Notes: generated by a model not told the origin, from the sequence alone. Counted from the first letter of the stretch, positions 19,046 through 30,046 are shown. The stretch: DNA of 64,000 nt from an uncultured Actinomycetota bacterium (GCA_963836025.1 CAWIIE010000005.1:202285-266284), one strand, 5' to 3'. Numbers and translations: made by a program.

Positions 19046-19555
19046 GTGGTCGAGCGCCCCGACGAACCCCTGGCTGCGCTGCACGTTGAGCATGGTGCCG
19101 CCCTGCACCGATACGTCCTCGGCCTCACCGGTGGCAACCGGGCACTCGCCGAGGACGTGGTGCAGGACACCATGCTCCGGGCGTGGCGATCCGACCAGAT
19201 CATGGACGGGTCGCACGGCGCGGTCCGGGCATGGCTGTTCACCGTCGCCCGGCACCTGGTCATCGACGACCTGCGGACCGCGCGATCGCGCCACGAGACC
19301 CTGGTCGCCGATCCCCCGGAGGCCGAGATGCACGACGACATAGCCGACCTTGAGCGTTCCCTCGCCATGGTCGACGCGCTTCGCCGGCTGTCCGACGTGC
19401 ACCGTGAGGTGCTGCTCGAGTGCTTCTACCGCGGCCAAACGACCGTGGAGGCGGCCCAGCGGCTGGGCATCCCCGAGGGCACCGTCAAGTCGCGCACGCA
19501 CTATGCCCTGAGGGCACTCAAGGCCGAGCTGGCCGATATGGGAGTGACCGGATGA
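19046..19555 (+). CDS. sigL: ECF sigma-70 factor, SigL-like
   Basis: GTG start after GGAGG. 'AEDVVQDTMLRAWR', 'RAWLFTVARHLVIDDLR', 'GTVKSRTHYALRALKAELADMGVTG' closely resemble Mtb SigL as I remember it. Confidence 0.8.
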   Translation: MVERPDEPLAALHVEHGAALHRYVLGLTGGNRALAEDVVQDTMLRAWRSDQIMDGSHGAVRAWLFTVARHLVIDDLRTARSRHETLVADPPEAEMHDDIADLERSLAMVDALRRLSDVHREVLLECFYRGQTTVEAAQRLGIPEGTVKSRTHYALRALKAELADMGVTG

Positions 19556-20233
19556 ACACCGACGAGCCGGCAGCCGAGGACCGATTCGTCGAGTTCGATG
19601 CGCCGTACGTGCTTGGGGCACTGTCCGCTGCGGACCGCGCCGGCTTACGAAGCGCACCTGGCGGAGTGCGCACCCTGTCGGGCACGCGTGCGCGATCTGC
19701 AGGACTTCCCCGCTCTGCTGCGCACCGTTCCGGCCGAGGCGGTCGAGGCCTTGTCCGCCACCCCGCCGCCGGCGACCGCGACGACGGCACGCCGAGACCT
19801 GCCGCGTTGGCGCAGCGTCGCCGCCGGGCTCGCGGTCGCGGCGTCGATGGCGACCGCGCTCGCGCTGGTCGCGACCAGCGACGATCGACTGCCAAGCGGC
19901 GATGAGCCGTCCCCGGCCATCGTCCTGGTCCAGTTCGTGCCGGTCGGCGAGGCCGCCTTGACCGCGAACGCGCGGCTCACGCCCGTGGACTGGGGAACCA
20001 AGATCGACTTCGAGTGCTCCCTCTACGGGGCGACCGACGCGACCGACCCGCCCGGCGCATACAGCCTGGTGGTGCGCGACCGGGACGGCCAGGACGTCCA
20101 GGTGGCTGGGTGGTGGGCGCTGGAGAATCGCAGCCTTCGAGTCCCGGGCTCGACCGCGGTGGAGGCCAACGACATCACGGCGCTCGAGGTGCGCGCGCCG
20201 GACGGAACGCCCGTCCTGGTCGCCCAGCTCTGA
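19552..20233 (+). pseudogene. rslA: Zinc-binding anti-sigma factor (RslA-like), one frame change
   Basis: 'FDAPYVLGALSAADRA' (ORF 19420..19905), then 'YEAHLAECAPCRARV' (HxxxCxxC), a TM helix and a C-terminal domain (ORF 19598..20233). Extra G near 19643. ATGA overlap with the sigma gene stop. Confidence 0.75.
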
Positions 20234-20268
20234 CCTCGAGAGCTCGCTGGCCAGGCAAGAGAGTCAGC

Positions 20269-20288
20269 CTGTGCTCGCATGAGCACAG
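20269..20288 (+). terminator. Hairpin after the anti-sigma gene
   Basis: ctgtgctc / gagcacag: 8-bp perfect stem with a gcat loop, 36 nt after the stop codon. T-containing tail (gggtgtgttcg). Confidence 0.45.
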
Positions 20289-20323
20289 CGCTCGGGTGTG
20301 TTCGCTCCGGCATCATTTCAGTC

Positions 20324-20353
20324 TTGACTTATATAAGTCTGATGCGCAATGAT
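20324..20353 (+). promoter_or_regulatory. Candidate promoter and operator of the ArsR-family gene
   Basis: TTGACT at 20324-20329, a -10-like AATGAT at 20348-20353 (18-nt spacer), GTG start at 20360, which implies a leaderless mRNA. The perfect 14-bp palindrome gacttatataagtc (20326-20339) overlaps the -35 and spacer. AT-rich island in a GC-rich genome. Confidence 0.5.
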
Positions 20354-20359
20354 TGACCC

Positions 20360-20731
20360 GTGCACGCACTGGACATCCTCGGCGATCCGGTACGGCGGCG
20401 GATCCTCGAACTGCTCGCCGACGGCGAGGCGCCCGCGGGCGAGCTCGGGCGCGTGATCCAGGACGAGTTCGGCATCTCGCAGCCCGCCGTGTCGCAGCAC
20501 CTGCGCGTGCTGCGCGAGGCCGGCTTCACGACGGTGCGCCCCGAGGGCACCCGGCGGCTCTACGCCATCGAACCCGGCCCGCTCGCCGAGGCCGATGAGT
20601 GGTTCGACGCGTTCCGTCGGTTCTGGCAGCCGCACCTCGCCGCCCTCGGTACCGAGCTCGCGCGCGGTCGCCGACAGCGACGACGAGCCGCCGAGACAGC
20701 ACACCCACATGGCGAGGAGCACCGGACATGA
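20360..20731 (+). CDS. ArsR/SmtB-family transcriptional regulator
   Basis: 'LDILGDPVRRRILELLADGEAPAGELGRVIQDEFGISQPAVSQHLRVLREAGF' winged-HTH signature. Intact 123 aa. Confidence 0.85.
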   Translation: MHALDILGDPVRRRILELLADGEAPAGELGRVIQDEFGISQPAVSQHLRVLREAGFTTVRPEGTRRLYAIEPGPLAEADEWFDAFRRFWQPHLAALGTELARGRRQRRRAAETAHPHGEEHRT

Positions 20732-21393
20732 TCGACATCACCGCACAGCTCGACGACGTGGACCGCGCCGTCCGCACGACGGACGTGGACGGAGTCCCTG
20801 CCCGAGTGCAGACGCTCGTGCAGACCTACCCGTCTGCGATCGACGATGTCTGGGATGCCCTGACCTCGGCTGACCGCATCGGCCGCTGGTTCGTGCCGGT
20901 GAGCGGTGACTTGCGTCTCGGCGGGCGTTACCAGCTCGAGGGCAACGCCGGCGGCACCGTGCAGTCGTGTGAACCCCCGCACGGCGGCGCCGCACACTTC
21001 GGCATCACCTGGGAGTTCGGCGAGGGCGGGCCGACCTGGGTGACCGTGCGCCTCACGGCGGTCGAGGCCGATCGCACCCGACTCGAGCTCGAGCACGTCG
21101 CGCCCGTCACCGTCGTGCCGGACGAGCTCTGGCGGCAGTTCGGGCCGGCCGGCACCGGCATCGGCTGGGACTCAGGCCTCCTCGGGCTCGCGCTGCATCT
21201 CACTGCCCCCGACAAGCGGCCAGAAGACCCGGCCGCCTGGGCACAGACCGACGAGGGCAAGGGCTTCATGCGGCGTTCCGCCGACGCGTGGGCGGTTGCG
21301 CACGCCGCGGATGGCGTCGATGAGGAAACCGCTCGCACCGCGGCCGATGCGACGTACGCCATGTACACCGGCGAGGCGCCCGGTCCGATGTAG
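20728..21393 (+). CDS. SRPBCC/AHSA1-domain protein
   Basis: ATGA overlap with the arsR stop. 'SAIDDVWDALTSADRIGRWF' is typical of Aha1/START-like proteins paired with ArsR regulators. Confidence 0.7.
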   Translation: MIDITAQLDDVDRAVRTTDVDGVPARVQTLVQTYPSAIDDVWDALTSADRIGRWFVPVSGDLRLGGRYQLEGNAGGTVQSCEPPHGGAAHFGITWEFGEGGPTWVTVRLTAVEADRTRLELEHVAPVTVVPDELWRQFGPAGTGIGWDSGLLGLALHLTAPDKRPEDPAAWAQTDEGKGFMRRSADAWAVAHAADGVDEETARTAADATYAMYTGEAPGPM

Positions 21394-21405
21394 CTGGGCG
21401 GGCGG

Positions 21406-23304
21406 CTAAAGCAGCGCCGCGTCCAGCTTGGCCATCGACTCGACGACGGCGAGCGAGATCTCCTGCGCGGTCAGGCCGCACTCGGCAAGCACCTCGCCGC
21501 GCTTGCCGTGGTCGAGGAACCGCTGCGGTATGCCGAAGTCGCGCAGCGGCGTGTGCACGCCCGCATCCCGTAACGCCAGCGCCACCGCGGAGCCAACCCC
21601 ACCGACCCGGAGGTTGTCCTCGATGGTTACCACGAGCCGGTGCCGCGCGGCCTGGGCCACGACGCCGGTGGCCACCGGGATCACCCACCGCGGGTCCACC
21701 ACGGTGACCCCGATGCCCTGCGCCAGGAGACGTTCGCCGACCTCAACGCCGACCCCGGCCATCGAACCGCACGCGACGACGAGCACGTCCTCGTCGCCGG
21801 ACTTCATGAGCACGTCCAACCCGTCCACGACGGACCCGGCGGGGATGTCCTCGCAGACCGCGCCCTTCGGGAAGCGCAGGACGGTCGGCGCGTCGTAGAC
21901 GTCGAGCGCCTCCCGCAACGACGCGCGCAGGGTCGCGCTGTCACGCGGCGCGGCGATCCGGATGCCGGGCACGAGCTGGAGCAACGACAGGTCCCACATG
22001 CCGTTGTGCGAGGGCCCGTCGTCGCCGGTGATCCCGGCCCGGTCGAGCACGAACGTGACCCCGCACCGGTGCAGCGCGACATCCATCAGCACCTGGTCGA
22101 AGGCTCGGTTGATGAACGTCGCGTAGATCGCCGCGACCGGATGCAGCCCGGCCGTCGCCAGCCCGGCTGCCGATGTGACCGCGTGCTGCTCGGCGATGCC
22201 GACGTCGTAGCAACGGTCCGGGAACCGAGCGGCGAACTTGTCCAGGCCGACGGGGATCAGCATCGCCGCAGTGATGCCGACGACGTCGGCGCGTTCCTCG
22301 CCGATCGCGACCATCTCGTCGGCGAACACCGAGGTCCACGAGCGGCCGCTGGCCGCCAGCGGCTGCCCGGTCTCGACGTCGATGACGCCGACCGCGTGGA
22401 ACTGGTCGGCGACGTCGGACTCGGCGGGCGCATACCCGGAGCCCTTGCGGGTGAGGGCGTGCACGAGCACCGGTCCGCCGTAGTTCTTGGCCTGCCGAAG
22501 GGCGCGTTCGACGGCGTCGATGTCGTGCCCGTCGACCGGCCCGATGTACTTCAGGCCAAGGTCCTCGAACATGCCCTGCGGGGCGACGATGTCCTTGAGG
22601 CCCTTCTTCATGCCGTGCAACGTCTCGTAGATCGGCGGACCGACGACCGGGGTGCGGCCGAGGACCTGCTTGCCCCACTCCAGGAACCGTTCGTAGCCAC
22701 GGGTCGTGCGCAGGGTCGCGAGATGGAAGGCCAGCCCGCCGATCGTGGGCGCATACGAGCGTTCGTTGTCGTTGACGACGATCACGATCGGGCGGTTGTT
22801 CGCGGCCGCGATGTTGTTCAGCGCCTCCCAGGCCATGCCGCCGGTGAGCGCGCCGTCGCCGACGACGGCGACGACCTGGCGGCGGCCCAGCTCACCGCGC
22901 AGCTGGTAGGCCTTCGCCAGCCCGTCGGCATACGACAGCGCGGTCGAGGCGTGCGAGTTCTCCACGACGTCGTGCTCGGACTCGGCCCGACTCGGGTAGC
23001 CGGACAGCCCGCCGCGCTGCCGCAGCCGGTCGAACCCGAGCTGCCGCCCGGTGAGCACCTTGTGCACGTAGGCCTGGTGGCCGGTGTCCCAGATGATCCG
23101 GTCGTACGGCGAGTCGAAGACCCGGTGCAGCGCGATGGTGAGCTCGACCGCGCCCAGGTTGGGCCCGAGATGACCGCCGGTCTTGGCGACCCGGTCGACC
23201 AGGAAGCGCCGGATCTCACCCGCCAGCTGGCCGCACTCCTCGAGCGAGAGCGCTTGGACGTCGCGGGGCGACCGGATCGACTCGAGCAAGCCCGGGGACG
23301 GCAT
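21406..23304 (-). CDS. dxs: 1-deoxy-D-xylulose-5-phosphate synthase
   Basis: Intact 632 aa. '[14 protein letters not shown]', 'IWDTGHQAY', '[15 protein letters not shown]', '[11 protein letters not shown]', 'GDDGPSHNG'. Confidence 0.97.
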   Translation of the reverse strand: MPSPGLLESIRSPRDVQALSLEECGQLAGEIRRFLVDRVAKTGGHLGPNLGAVELTIALHRVFDSPYDRIIWDTGHQAYVHKVLTGRQLGFDRLRQRGGLSGYPSRAESEHDVVENSHASTALSYADGLAKAYQLRGELGRRQVVAVVGDGALTGGMAWEALNNIAAANNRPIVIVVNDNERSYAPTIGGLAFHLATLRTTRGYERFLEWGKQVLGRTPVVGPPIYETLHGMKKGLKDIVAPQGMFEDLGLKYIGPVDGHDIDAVERALRQAKNYGGPVLVHALTRKGSGYAPAESDVADQFHAVGVIDVETGQPLAASGRSWTSVFADEMVAIGEERADVVGITAAMLIPVGLDKFAARFPDRCYDVGIAEQHAVTSAAGLATAGLHPVAAIYATFINRAFDQVLMDVALHRCGVTFVLDRAGITGDDGPSHNGMWDLSLLQLVPGIRIAAPRDSATLRASLREALDVYDAPTVLRFPKGAVCEDIPAGSVVDGLDVLMKSGDEDVLVVACGSMAGVGVEVGERLLAQGIGVTVVDPRWVIPVATGVVAQAARHRLVVTIEDNLRVGGVGSAVALALRDAGVHTPLRDFGIPQRFLDHGKRGEVLAECGLTAQEISLAVVESMAKLDAALL

Positions 23305-23313
23305 GCGGTGAGT

Positions 23314-24151
23314 TTAGGCGGCCCCGGCCTCGGTGGCCCGCTCCGACGGTCGCCACCGCCACGTGACGGATGCGCTCCGCGGCGCGCCCGGGGCGGCATA
23401 CGCCGCTGTGCGGACCGAGCCCGTCCGGCGGCGCGGTCTGCGGCTCGACGCACACCCAGTCGGCCAGCTCGTCGTACCGGACGAACCACTCGCCGTCCGT
23501 CTGGACGTCCAAGTCCAGCACGCCGGGCCAGGTGAGCGTGGCACGGCCGCTGGGCACGTGGAAGGCGTCGTCGTACGGGCCGGCAGTGGTGCTCGGGTCG
23601 AGCCGGCGACCGGTCGGCAGCTGGTCGCTGCCCCGTTCCAGCAGGTATGCGGCCGCCAGCTCGACCTCGACGTCGACCCCGCCGAGCCGCCGCGGGAACC
23701 ACGGATGCCAGCCGACCTCTGCCGGGAAGGCTTGCTCGAGGGCCTCGACCTGGACGACGGAGAACAGCGACCGCGCCGCCAGCTCCCACACCAGGGTGAC
23801 CCGCCCCGGCAGCGGCCAGCCGTCACCGTCACCGATCGTCGTGGACAGCACCACCGTCGCCGGGGTGGCCCGGACCACGTCGAACGCCCGGTTCCACACC
23901 AGGCCGTGGATCGCCCAGCCCTCGTACGTCGGCGGCAACGCGTGCACGCTGCCGTTGATGACGACCGACGTTGTCCCGCAGCCGTCCGGGCCACGGTGCC
24001 ATCAGGAAGCACCCGCTGCGGATCGGGATGGCCGCCCGGGCCGCCCAGCAGCTCGTGGCCAGCCGGCCGACCAACGGGTGAGCCGGCCACCGCGGTCGGG
24101 GTCGACGATGACGACGGAGTCGGCCGTGCTGCTGCTCAGCTGAAGCGTCAC
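23314..24151 (-). pseudogene. Aldose 1-epimerase-family protein, multiply frameshifted
   Basis: 'VTLQLSSSTADSVVIVDPDRGGRLTRW', 'GCFLMAPWPGRLRDN', 'INGSVHALPPTYEGWAIHGLVW..', 'GWHPWF', 'VCVEPQTAPPDG' sit in 3 frames (ORFs 23829..24074, 23216..23947, 23314..24090). Junctions near 24070, 24010, 23960 and 23390. GTGA overlap with the ROK stop. Confidence 0.7.
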
Positions 24152-25339
24152 GCCGTGCGACGAGCGCGGGACAGCGTGCCCAGCGGGTCGGCGAGCAGAT
24201 CGCCGAAGGCAGTCTCCGCGGCGCCGACGAGTGCGGAGTCGTGGCCGAGACCGGCGGGGACGAGCCTGACCTGGGCGCGCGGGGCCGTCAGCGCTCGGGC
24301 GAGCTCGGCCTCCACGCGATCCTGGGTGTGGGCGAACACCTCGCGCAGCTGACCGCCCATGACGACCATCTCGGGGTTGAAGATGTTGACCAGGTTGCCG
24401 ACGCCCACCCCGAGCCAGGTGCCGACCCGTCGCAGCGCGGCCTGTGCCGGCCGATGCCCATCCCGGGCGGCCGCGATGACGTCCTGGACGTCCTGCGCGC
24501 CGTCAACGGCTTCGAGCAGGACGTCCTCGCCGATTTCGGTCTCCCAGCACCCCACCGCGCCGCACCGGCAGACCCGGCCTTTGGGGTTGACCCGCATGTG
24601 GCCGACCTCGCCGGCGTAACCGCCGGTGCCGGCCAGCGGCCGGCCGTCCAGGATGATGCCGCCGCCGACGCCGACCTCCCCGGACAGATAGACGAGGTTC
24701 TGGACACCGACCGCGGCGCCCCTGGCGTGCTCGGCCACCGCGCCGAAGTCGGCGTCGTTGCCGATCACGACCGGCCGCCCGAACCCGAGCGCGTCGCCGA
24801 GCGCCTCGCCGAGCGGCACCTCGACCCAGCCGAGGTTGGGCGCGAAGTGCACGCAGTCCGTCCCGGTGGCGCACCACCCCCGGGACGGCGACTGCCGTCC
24901 CGACCCACGACCCGCGCGCGGGTGCCGAGCGCAGCAGCGACCTCGCCATCGTGCGCAGCTGCTGCACGCCGCGGCCGGGGCTGAAGCTGTTGCGCCGGTG
25001 CTGGCGCTCCGTGCGCGCCAGCACCGCTCCGCCCAGCCCGACCAATGCGGCGACCGTGCGCTCCACCCGGAAGTCCATCGCCAGCACGTATGCGCTGCAC
25101 GGCTCCGGCTCGACCACGATGGATGGCCGGCCGACCCCGCGCCCGACCGGCGTGCTCTCGCGGACCAGGCGCGCCTCGACCAGCTCGGTCGTGAGGACCG
25201 CGACCGTCGATCGGTTGAGCCCGGTGGCGGTCACCACGTCGGACCGGGTCGCGGAACCGCCGCGGTGCAGCAGGTCGAGCATCGACGACAGGTTGTGCCG
25301 TCTGACCTCGTCCTGGGTGGCCCCGGCGAGCGTCGTCAC
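24148..25339 (-). pseudogene. ROK-family transcriptional repressor (XylR-like by context), one frame change
   Basis: wHTH 'RRHNLSSMLDLLHRGGSATRSDVVTATGLNRSTVAVLTTEL' (ORF 24503..25339), then the ROK sugar-kinase fold 'VHFAPNLGW..IGNDADFGA..GVGGGIILDGRP..GEVGHMRV..CRCGAVGCWE' (ORF 24148..24852). Junction near 24868. Confidence 0.8.
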
Positions 25340-25370
25340 GGGCCCTCCGTTGGTGTGCGCGGCCGGGGGG

Positions 25371-26643
25371 TCATGCCCGGCCGGTGGCAGCGGCCCTTCT
25401 CCGGGAGATGGCGTCGACGCTGGCGGCGATCAGCAGCACCAGCCCGGTCACCAGGAAGACCCGACCGGCCGGCTGGTTCAGCAGGGCCATCCCATTGTTG
25501 ATGACCGCGACGACGAGGCCACCGAGGATCGCGTCGAGCGGCCGGCCGCGCCCGCCGAACAGGCTGGTGCCGCCAATGACCGCGGCGCCTACGGCGAACA
25601 GCAGCGTCGTCGACCCACCGGTTGACGGCGAGATCGAGTTGTCCCGCGAGGCGAACAGGATCCCGGCGACGGCGGCCAGCGTCGAGCAGGTCATGAAGCA
25701 AGCGATCTTGATCCTCGGGACGCTGATGCCGGCGCGCCGAGCGGCCTCCGCGTTGCCGCCGACTGCATACACGTGGCGTCCGAAGCCGGTGCGCATCAGG
25801 ACGAACGTGAGCACGAGCAGCAGCACGAAGATGATCGGGACGATGATCGGCACACCCTTGATCGAGGTGAGCGCGGGGTTGCGGCTGCGCTCCTGGCTGA
25901 GGATGTAGGTCGCCCACCCGAGCAGGGCGGCAAGTATGGCGAGCTTGGCGCCCCAGACCTGCAGCGACTCGGCTCGCAGACCCTTCGCCCGGCGGGTCAG
26001 CGATCCGCCGAAAGGACAGCAGCGCCGTAGCCGACGACGACCAGGCGCGAAGAACGCCCAACCCATCCAGACCGGCATGTTGTCGTTCATGATGCTGAGC
26101 ACGAACTCGTTGCGGATCGGAATCGTTCCGCCCACGCCGATCACGAGCAGCATCACGCCTTGCAGCATCAGGAAGAAGGCCAGCGTCACGACGAAGCTCG
26201 GGATGCCCAGGCGAGCGACGAGGACGCCGATCAGGGTGCCGATCGAACGTCCCGGTGAGCAGGCAGGCGATGAGCGAGAGCGAGACCGGCCAATCATTCT
26301 GCGTCAGCGTGACGCCGAGGATCGCCGCGCTGGTCCCGGCCGCGAAACCGGCTGACAGGTCGATCTCGCCGAGCAAGAGAACGAAGACCAAACCCATTGC
26401 GATGACGATGACGGCGGCGCCCTGGTTGAGCAGGTTCGCGAAGTTGAACGCATTGAGGAACGTATCGGGCCGCAGAATCCCGAACACGATCACGAGCACA
26501 ACAAGACCAAGCACAGCTGGCAGCGCGCCCAGATCGCCGCCGCGGATCCGGTCGACATAGTCCCGGACCGCCTCGCCGATGCTGCCTGTCGGACCCGCGT
26601 CCGCCTCGGGGACGGCGCCGGGGGTGATCGTCGATGCGCTCAT
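25371..26643 (-). pseudogene. xylH: Sugar ABC transporter permease (XylH-like), frameshifted
   Basis: N-terminus 'LLNQGAAVIVIAMGLVFVLLLGEIDLSAGF' (ORF 25336..26643), remainder 'SFVVTLAFFLMLQG..GRHVYAVGGNAEAARRAGI..GGTSLFGGRG' (ORF 25371..26297). Junction near 26245, plus a compensating pair near 26040/26000. Confidence 0.75.
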
Positions 26644-27496
26644 GCCGACTCCTCGCTGACAGTCTCCACGGGGAGAGCCGCGGTCGGGTCGACCTCGGCT
26701 TGCAGGCCGATCTCACCCGAGCGACCGAGGGTGATGAGCTCGACCACGCGGGAGTGACTCAGCTCCTTGGCCCCGACCTGCGCCGCCATCCGCCCCAGGT
26801 ACAGGACCGCGATCCGGTCGGCGACCTGGAAGACGTCGTTCATGTTGTGCGAGATCAGCACGACGCCGAGCCCGTTGTCCGCGAGTCGGCGCACGAGGTT
26901 GAGCACCTGCTCGGTCTGCGCCACACCCAAGGCGGCGGTCGGCTCGTCGAGGATGACGAGCTTGCTGTTCCAGAGCACGGCTCGTGCGATGGCGACGGTC
27001 TGCCGCTGCCCACCGGACAGGCTCGCGACGTTCTGCCGGATCGACTTGAGCGTGCGCACAGACAGCCCTTGCAGCGTCTCGGCCGCGCTTGGTGCTCCAT
27101 AGTCGACTCGTCGAGCACGATGCCGTTCTTGGACTCCCGGCCCAGGTACATGTTGGCAACGACGTCGAGGTTGTCGCACAGCGCCAGGTCCTGGTACACG
27201 ACCTCGATGCCGAGCGCGTTGGCGTGCTTCGGATCGTGCACCGAGACCGGCTCACCCTCGAACAAGTACTCGCCTTCGTCGAAGGCGTAGATGCCGGCGA
27301 CCGACTTGATCAGCGTGCTCTTGCCGGCGCCGTTGTCGCCCACCAGCGCGGTGACCTGACCGGGGTACGCGTCGAAGTCGACGTCCTTGAGCACCTGGAC
27401 GGCGCCGAAGTGCTTGCTGACCTTGCGCAGCGACAACAGTGGTCGGTCCTGGTCGACGACCGCCGCCGTCGACGACGCCTCGGTATGCACGCTCAT
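26640..27496 (-). pseudogene. xylG: Sugar ABC transporter ATP-binding protein (XylG-like, single cassette), one frame change
   Basis: Walker A 'GDNGAGKST' (in ORF 26855..28192), signature 'LSGGQRQ' and Walker B 'LVILDEPTAAL' (ORF 26640..27179). Junction near 27095. ATGA overlap with xylH. Confidence 0.8.
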
Positions 27497-27597
27497 GTTC
27501 CCTCGCTGTAGGTCAGTGGGATACTGCGGTGCCGGTCGGTGTGCCAGGCACGACCGCCCACGTGGTTGGACGGCCGTGCCTCGCACTCTGCGCTCGA

Positions 27598-28715
27598 CTA
27601 CGAGACGCCGAACTCCGTGCACTTGGCCTGGAGTTCCGGAGTGGTGCAGAGCCGCTCCGCGGTCGTGAACGTCGTCTTCGACCACGGTCGCGACGTTGTC
27701 CGGGTAGATCGCTTCCGGCTCGAGCAGGACCGATGGAACGTCGGTGCCCAGCTCCGTGTCCTCGGTGGTCCCCGAAGCCAACGCGTCGGCAGCATCCGTG
27801 TCGCCGTTGATCAGGTGGATCGCCAGCTCTGCCGCCGCATCCGCCTCCTTCTTGACCGCCTTGTACACGCTCATGCACTGCGTGCCGAGCAGCACCCGCT
27901 GCAGCCCTTCATCGGTCGCATCCTGACCGGTGACCGGCACCGTGCCGGCGACGCCGTTGCGCGCGAGCACGGAGATGGCTGCGCCGCCGAGGCCGTCGTT
28001 CGCTGCCGCAACACCGTCAATGCCGCCGCTGGTCTCGGCATACATCTGCTCGAAGATCGTGCCGGCCTGAGTGTTGTCCCAGTCGGGCACGGCCTGGTCG
28101 GCGACAACCTCGTAGCCGTTCTCGTTGATGACCGCCTCGTAGCCCTGCTTGAACAGGGTCGCGTTGTTGTCGGTCGGCGAGCCGTTGAGCATCGCGACCC
28201 GGACACCCGGACGTCTTGCCGGAGTCGGTCAGGCACTTCACCAGGCCTTCACCGATGGTCGTGCCGACCGCGACATTGTCGAACGAGACGTAGTAGCTCG
28301 CCCCGCCGCCGAGGGTCAGCCGGTCATAGTCGATGACCTGCACGCCCTGGTCCTTGGCCTTGTTGATGACCGCGGTGCCGGTCTCCGAGTCCAGGTTGAC
28401 GATGAGCAGGACCGTCACCCCGCTGTTCAGCATCCCGTCCGCGATCGTCTGGAACTGCGCCTTGTCACCCTGCGCGTTCTGGATGTCCGCCTCGACGCCA
28501 GCCGCCTCGAACGCCGCCTCGAGGAATGGCTTGTCATTCGTCTCCCAGCGGGCCGACGACCTGGTGTCCGGCAGGATCACGCCGACCTTGCCCTCAGGAG
28601 TCTCGCCGCTACCCGTGTCGTCGCCGCCGTCGTCGTCATCGCCACCACAGCCGGCGAGCACGAGGCTCGCTGCCGCGATGAGTGCGACGATCACGCTTCC
28701 CTTGCGCATCCGCAT
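27598..28715 (-). pseudogene. xylF: Sugar (probably D-xylose) ABC substrate-binding lipoprotein, frameshifted
   Basis: Lipobox 'LVLAGCGG', 'KVGVILPDTRSSARWE..GVTVLLIVNLDS..VIDYDRL' (ORF 28017..28715), 'MLNGSPTDNNATLFKQGY..' (ORF 26855..28192), tail 'TTAERLCTTPELQAKCTEFGVS' (ORF 27598..27795). Junctions near 28200 and 27655. Confidence 0.7.
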
Positions 28716-28753
28716 TCCGATGTTCCTCTCTTGTGATGCCCGAGATCTGATGC

Positions 28754-29920
28754 CTACAGACCGAGGATCCGGTCGATGACCAGCTGGTCGAGCCGCTCGT
28801 TGCGGTAGCCGCGGTTCGCGAGCGTCTCGAGGTCGAACACCTCCTCCCGCACACGCTGCGCCGCCTCCTGGCTGTATGCGCCCACGCTCGGCTCGCCCAG
28901 CGTGAACACGCCGGAGTCAGCCATGGCCGCCTGGACCACCGAGTCGGCGTCGAAGACTCGCGCCTTCTCGGCCAGCGCGAGGTAGGTCCGCATACAGCCG
29001 CGCGCGAAGTCCCAGATTCCTTCGCCGTGCTCGACCCGGTACGGCCGGGCGTCGAAGTGACGGGGACCGTCGTAGCCGCCGGACTCGAGCAGTCGGACCA
29101 GGAAGAACGCGTCCTTGATGCCCTCGGAGCCGAACCGCAGGTCCTGGTCGTACCGGCCGATCTTCTGCGCGTTCAGGTCGATGTGGAACAGCTTGCCGTG
29201 CCACAACGCCTGCGCGACGCCCTGGTAGAAGGACAGGCCGGCCATGGTCTCGTGCGCGACCTCGGGGTTGAGCCCGACGCGTTCGCTGTGCTCGAGGGAC
29301 TCGATGAACGCCAGGCAGTGCCCCACGGTCGGCAGGAACGTGTCGCCGCGCGGCTCGTTGGGCTTTGGCTCCAGGGCGAACCGCATCGGGTACCCCTGGT
29401 CGATGCAGTAGCCCATCAGGAAGTCGAGGGCCTCCTTGTACCGGTCGAGCGCATCCGCGGGGTTCTTCGCGGCCATCGCCTCGACGCCTTCGCGGCCGCC
29501 CCAGAACACGTAGGTCTCGGCGCCGAGCTCCGCCGCCAAGTCCAGGTTGCGCATCACCTTCTGGATCGCGTACCGCCGGATCGAGGGGTCGTTGGCCGTG
29601 AACGCGCCGTCCTTGAACACCGGGTGCCAGAACAGGTTGGTCGTCGCCATCGAGACGACGATGCCGGTGTCGTCGAGCGCGTGCCGGAACCGCTTGAGCA
29701 CCGCTTCCCGCTCGCTGTCCGACGCGCCGAACGGCAGCAGGTCGTCGTCGTGGAAGCTGACTCCCCACGCGCCGATGTCGGCCAGTCCCCGGACGAAGTC
29801 GGCGGGGTCGATCGGCGGCCGGACGACGTCGCCGAACGGGTCACGACCAGGATGTCCGATGGTCCACAGGCCGAACGCGAACTTGTGCTCCGGCGCCGGC
29901 TCGAGTGCCGCCTGGCTCAT
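28754..29920 (-). CDS. xylA: Xylose isomerase
   Basis: Intact. Internal ATG 29920 after GGAAGG. '[17 protein letters not shown]', 'FHDDDL', 'FWGGREG', '[12 protein letters not shown]', 'NPEVAHE', 'HIDLNAQ' are class I (actinobacterial) XylA motifs. Confidence 0.95.
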   Translation of the reverse strand: MSQAALEPAPEHKFAFGLWTIGHPGRDPFGDVVRPPIDPADFVRGLADIGAWGVSFHDDDLLPFGASDSEREAVLKRFRHALDDTGIVVSMATTNLFWHPVFKDGAFTANDPSIRRYAIQKVMRNLDLAAELGAETYVFWGGREGVEAMAAKNPADALDRYKEALDFLMGYCIDQGYPMRFALEPKPNEPRGDTFLPTVGHCLAFIESLEHSERVGLNPEVAHETMAGLSFYQGVAQALWHGKLFHIDLNAQKIGRYDQDLRFGSEGIKDAFFLVRLLESGGYDGPRHFDARPYRVEHGEGIWDFARGCMRTYLALAEKARVFDADSVVQAAMADSGVFTLGEPSVGAYSQEAAQRVREEVFDLETLANRGYRNERLDQLVIDRILGL

Positions 29921-29937
29921 ACATACCTTCCGGCCGA

Positions 29938-30021
29938 GATTGTTGTCGGCCCGAACATATGGATTCGCGCTGTCTGCCGCAACGTAAACTGCCGGTGAAT
30001 TCGTCGGAGCCGATAACAATT
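29938..30021 (-). promoter_or_regulatory. Inverted repeat pair in the xylB-xylA spacer (candidate operator half-sites or intercistronic RNA stem)
   Basis: gattgttgtcggc (29938-29950) against gccgataacaatt (30009-30021): 11 Watson-Crick plus 2 G-U out of 13, 58 nt apart. The spacer is unusually AT-rich. Confidence 0.3.
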
Positions 30022-30046
30022 GCGTCACGCGGCCGACACCGGGATG

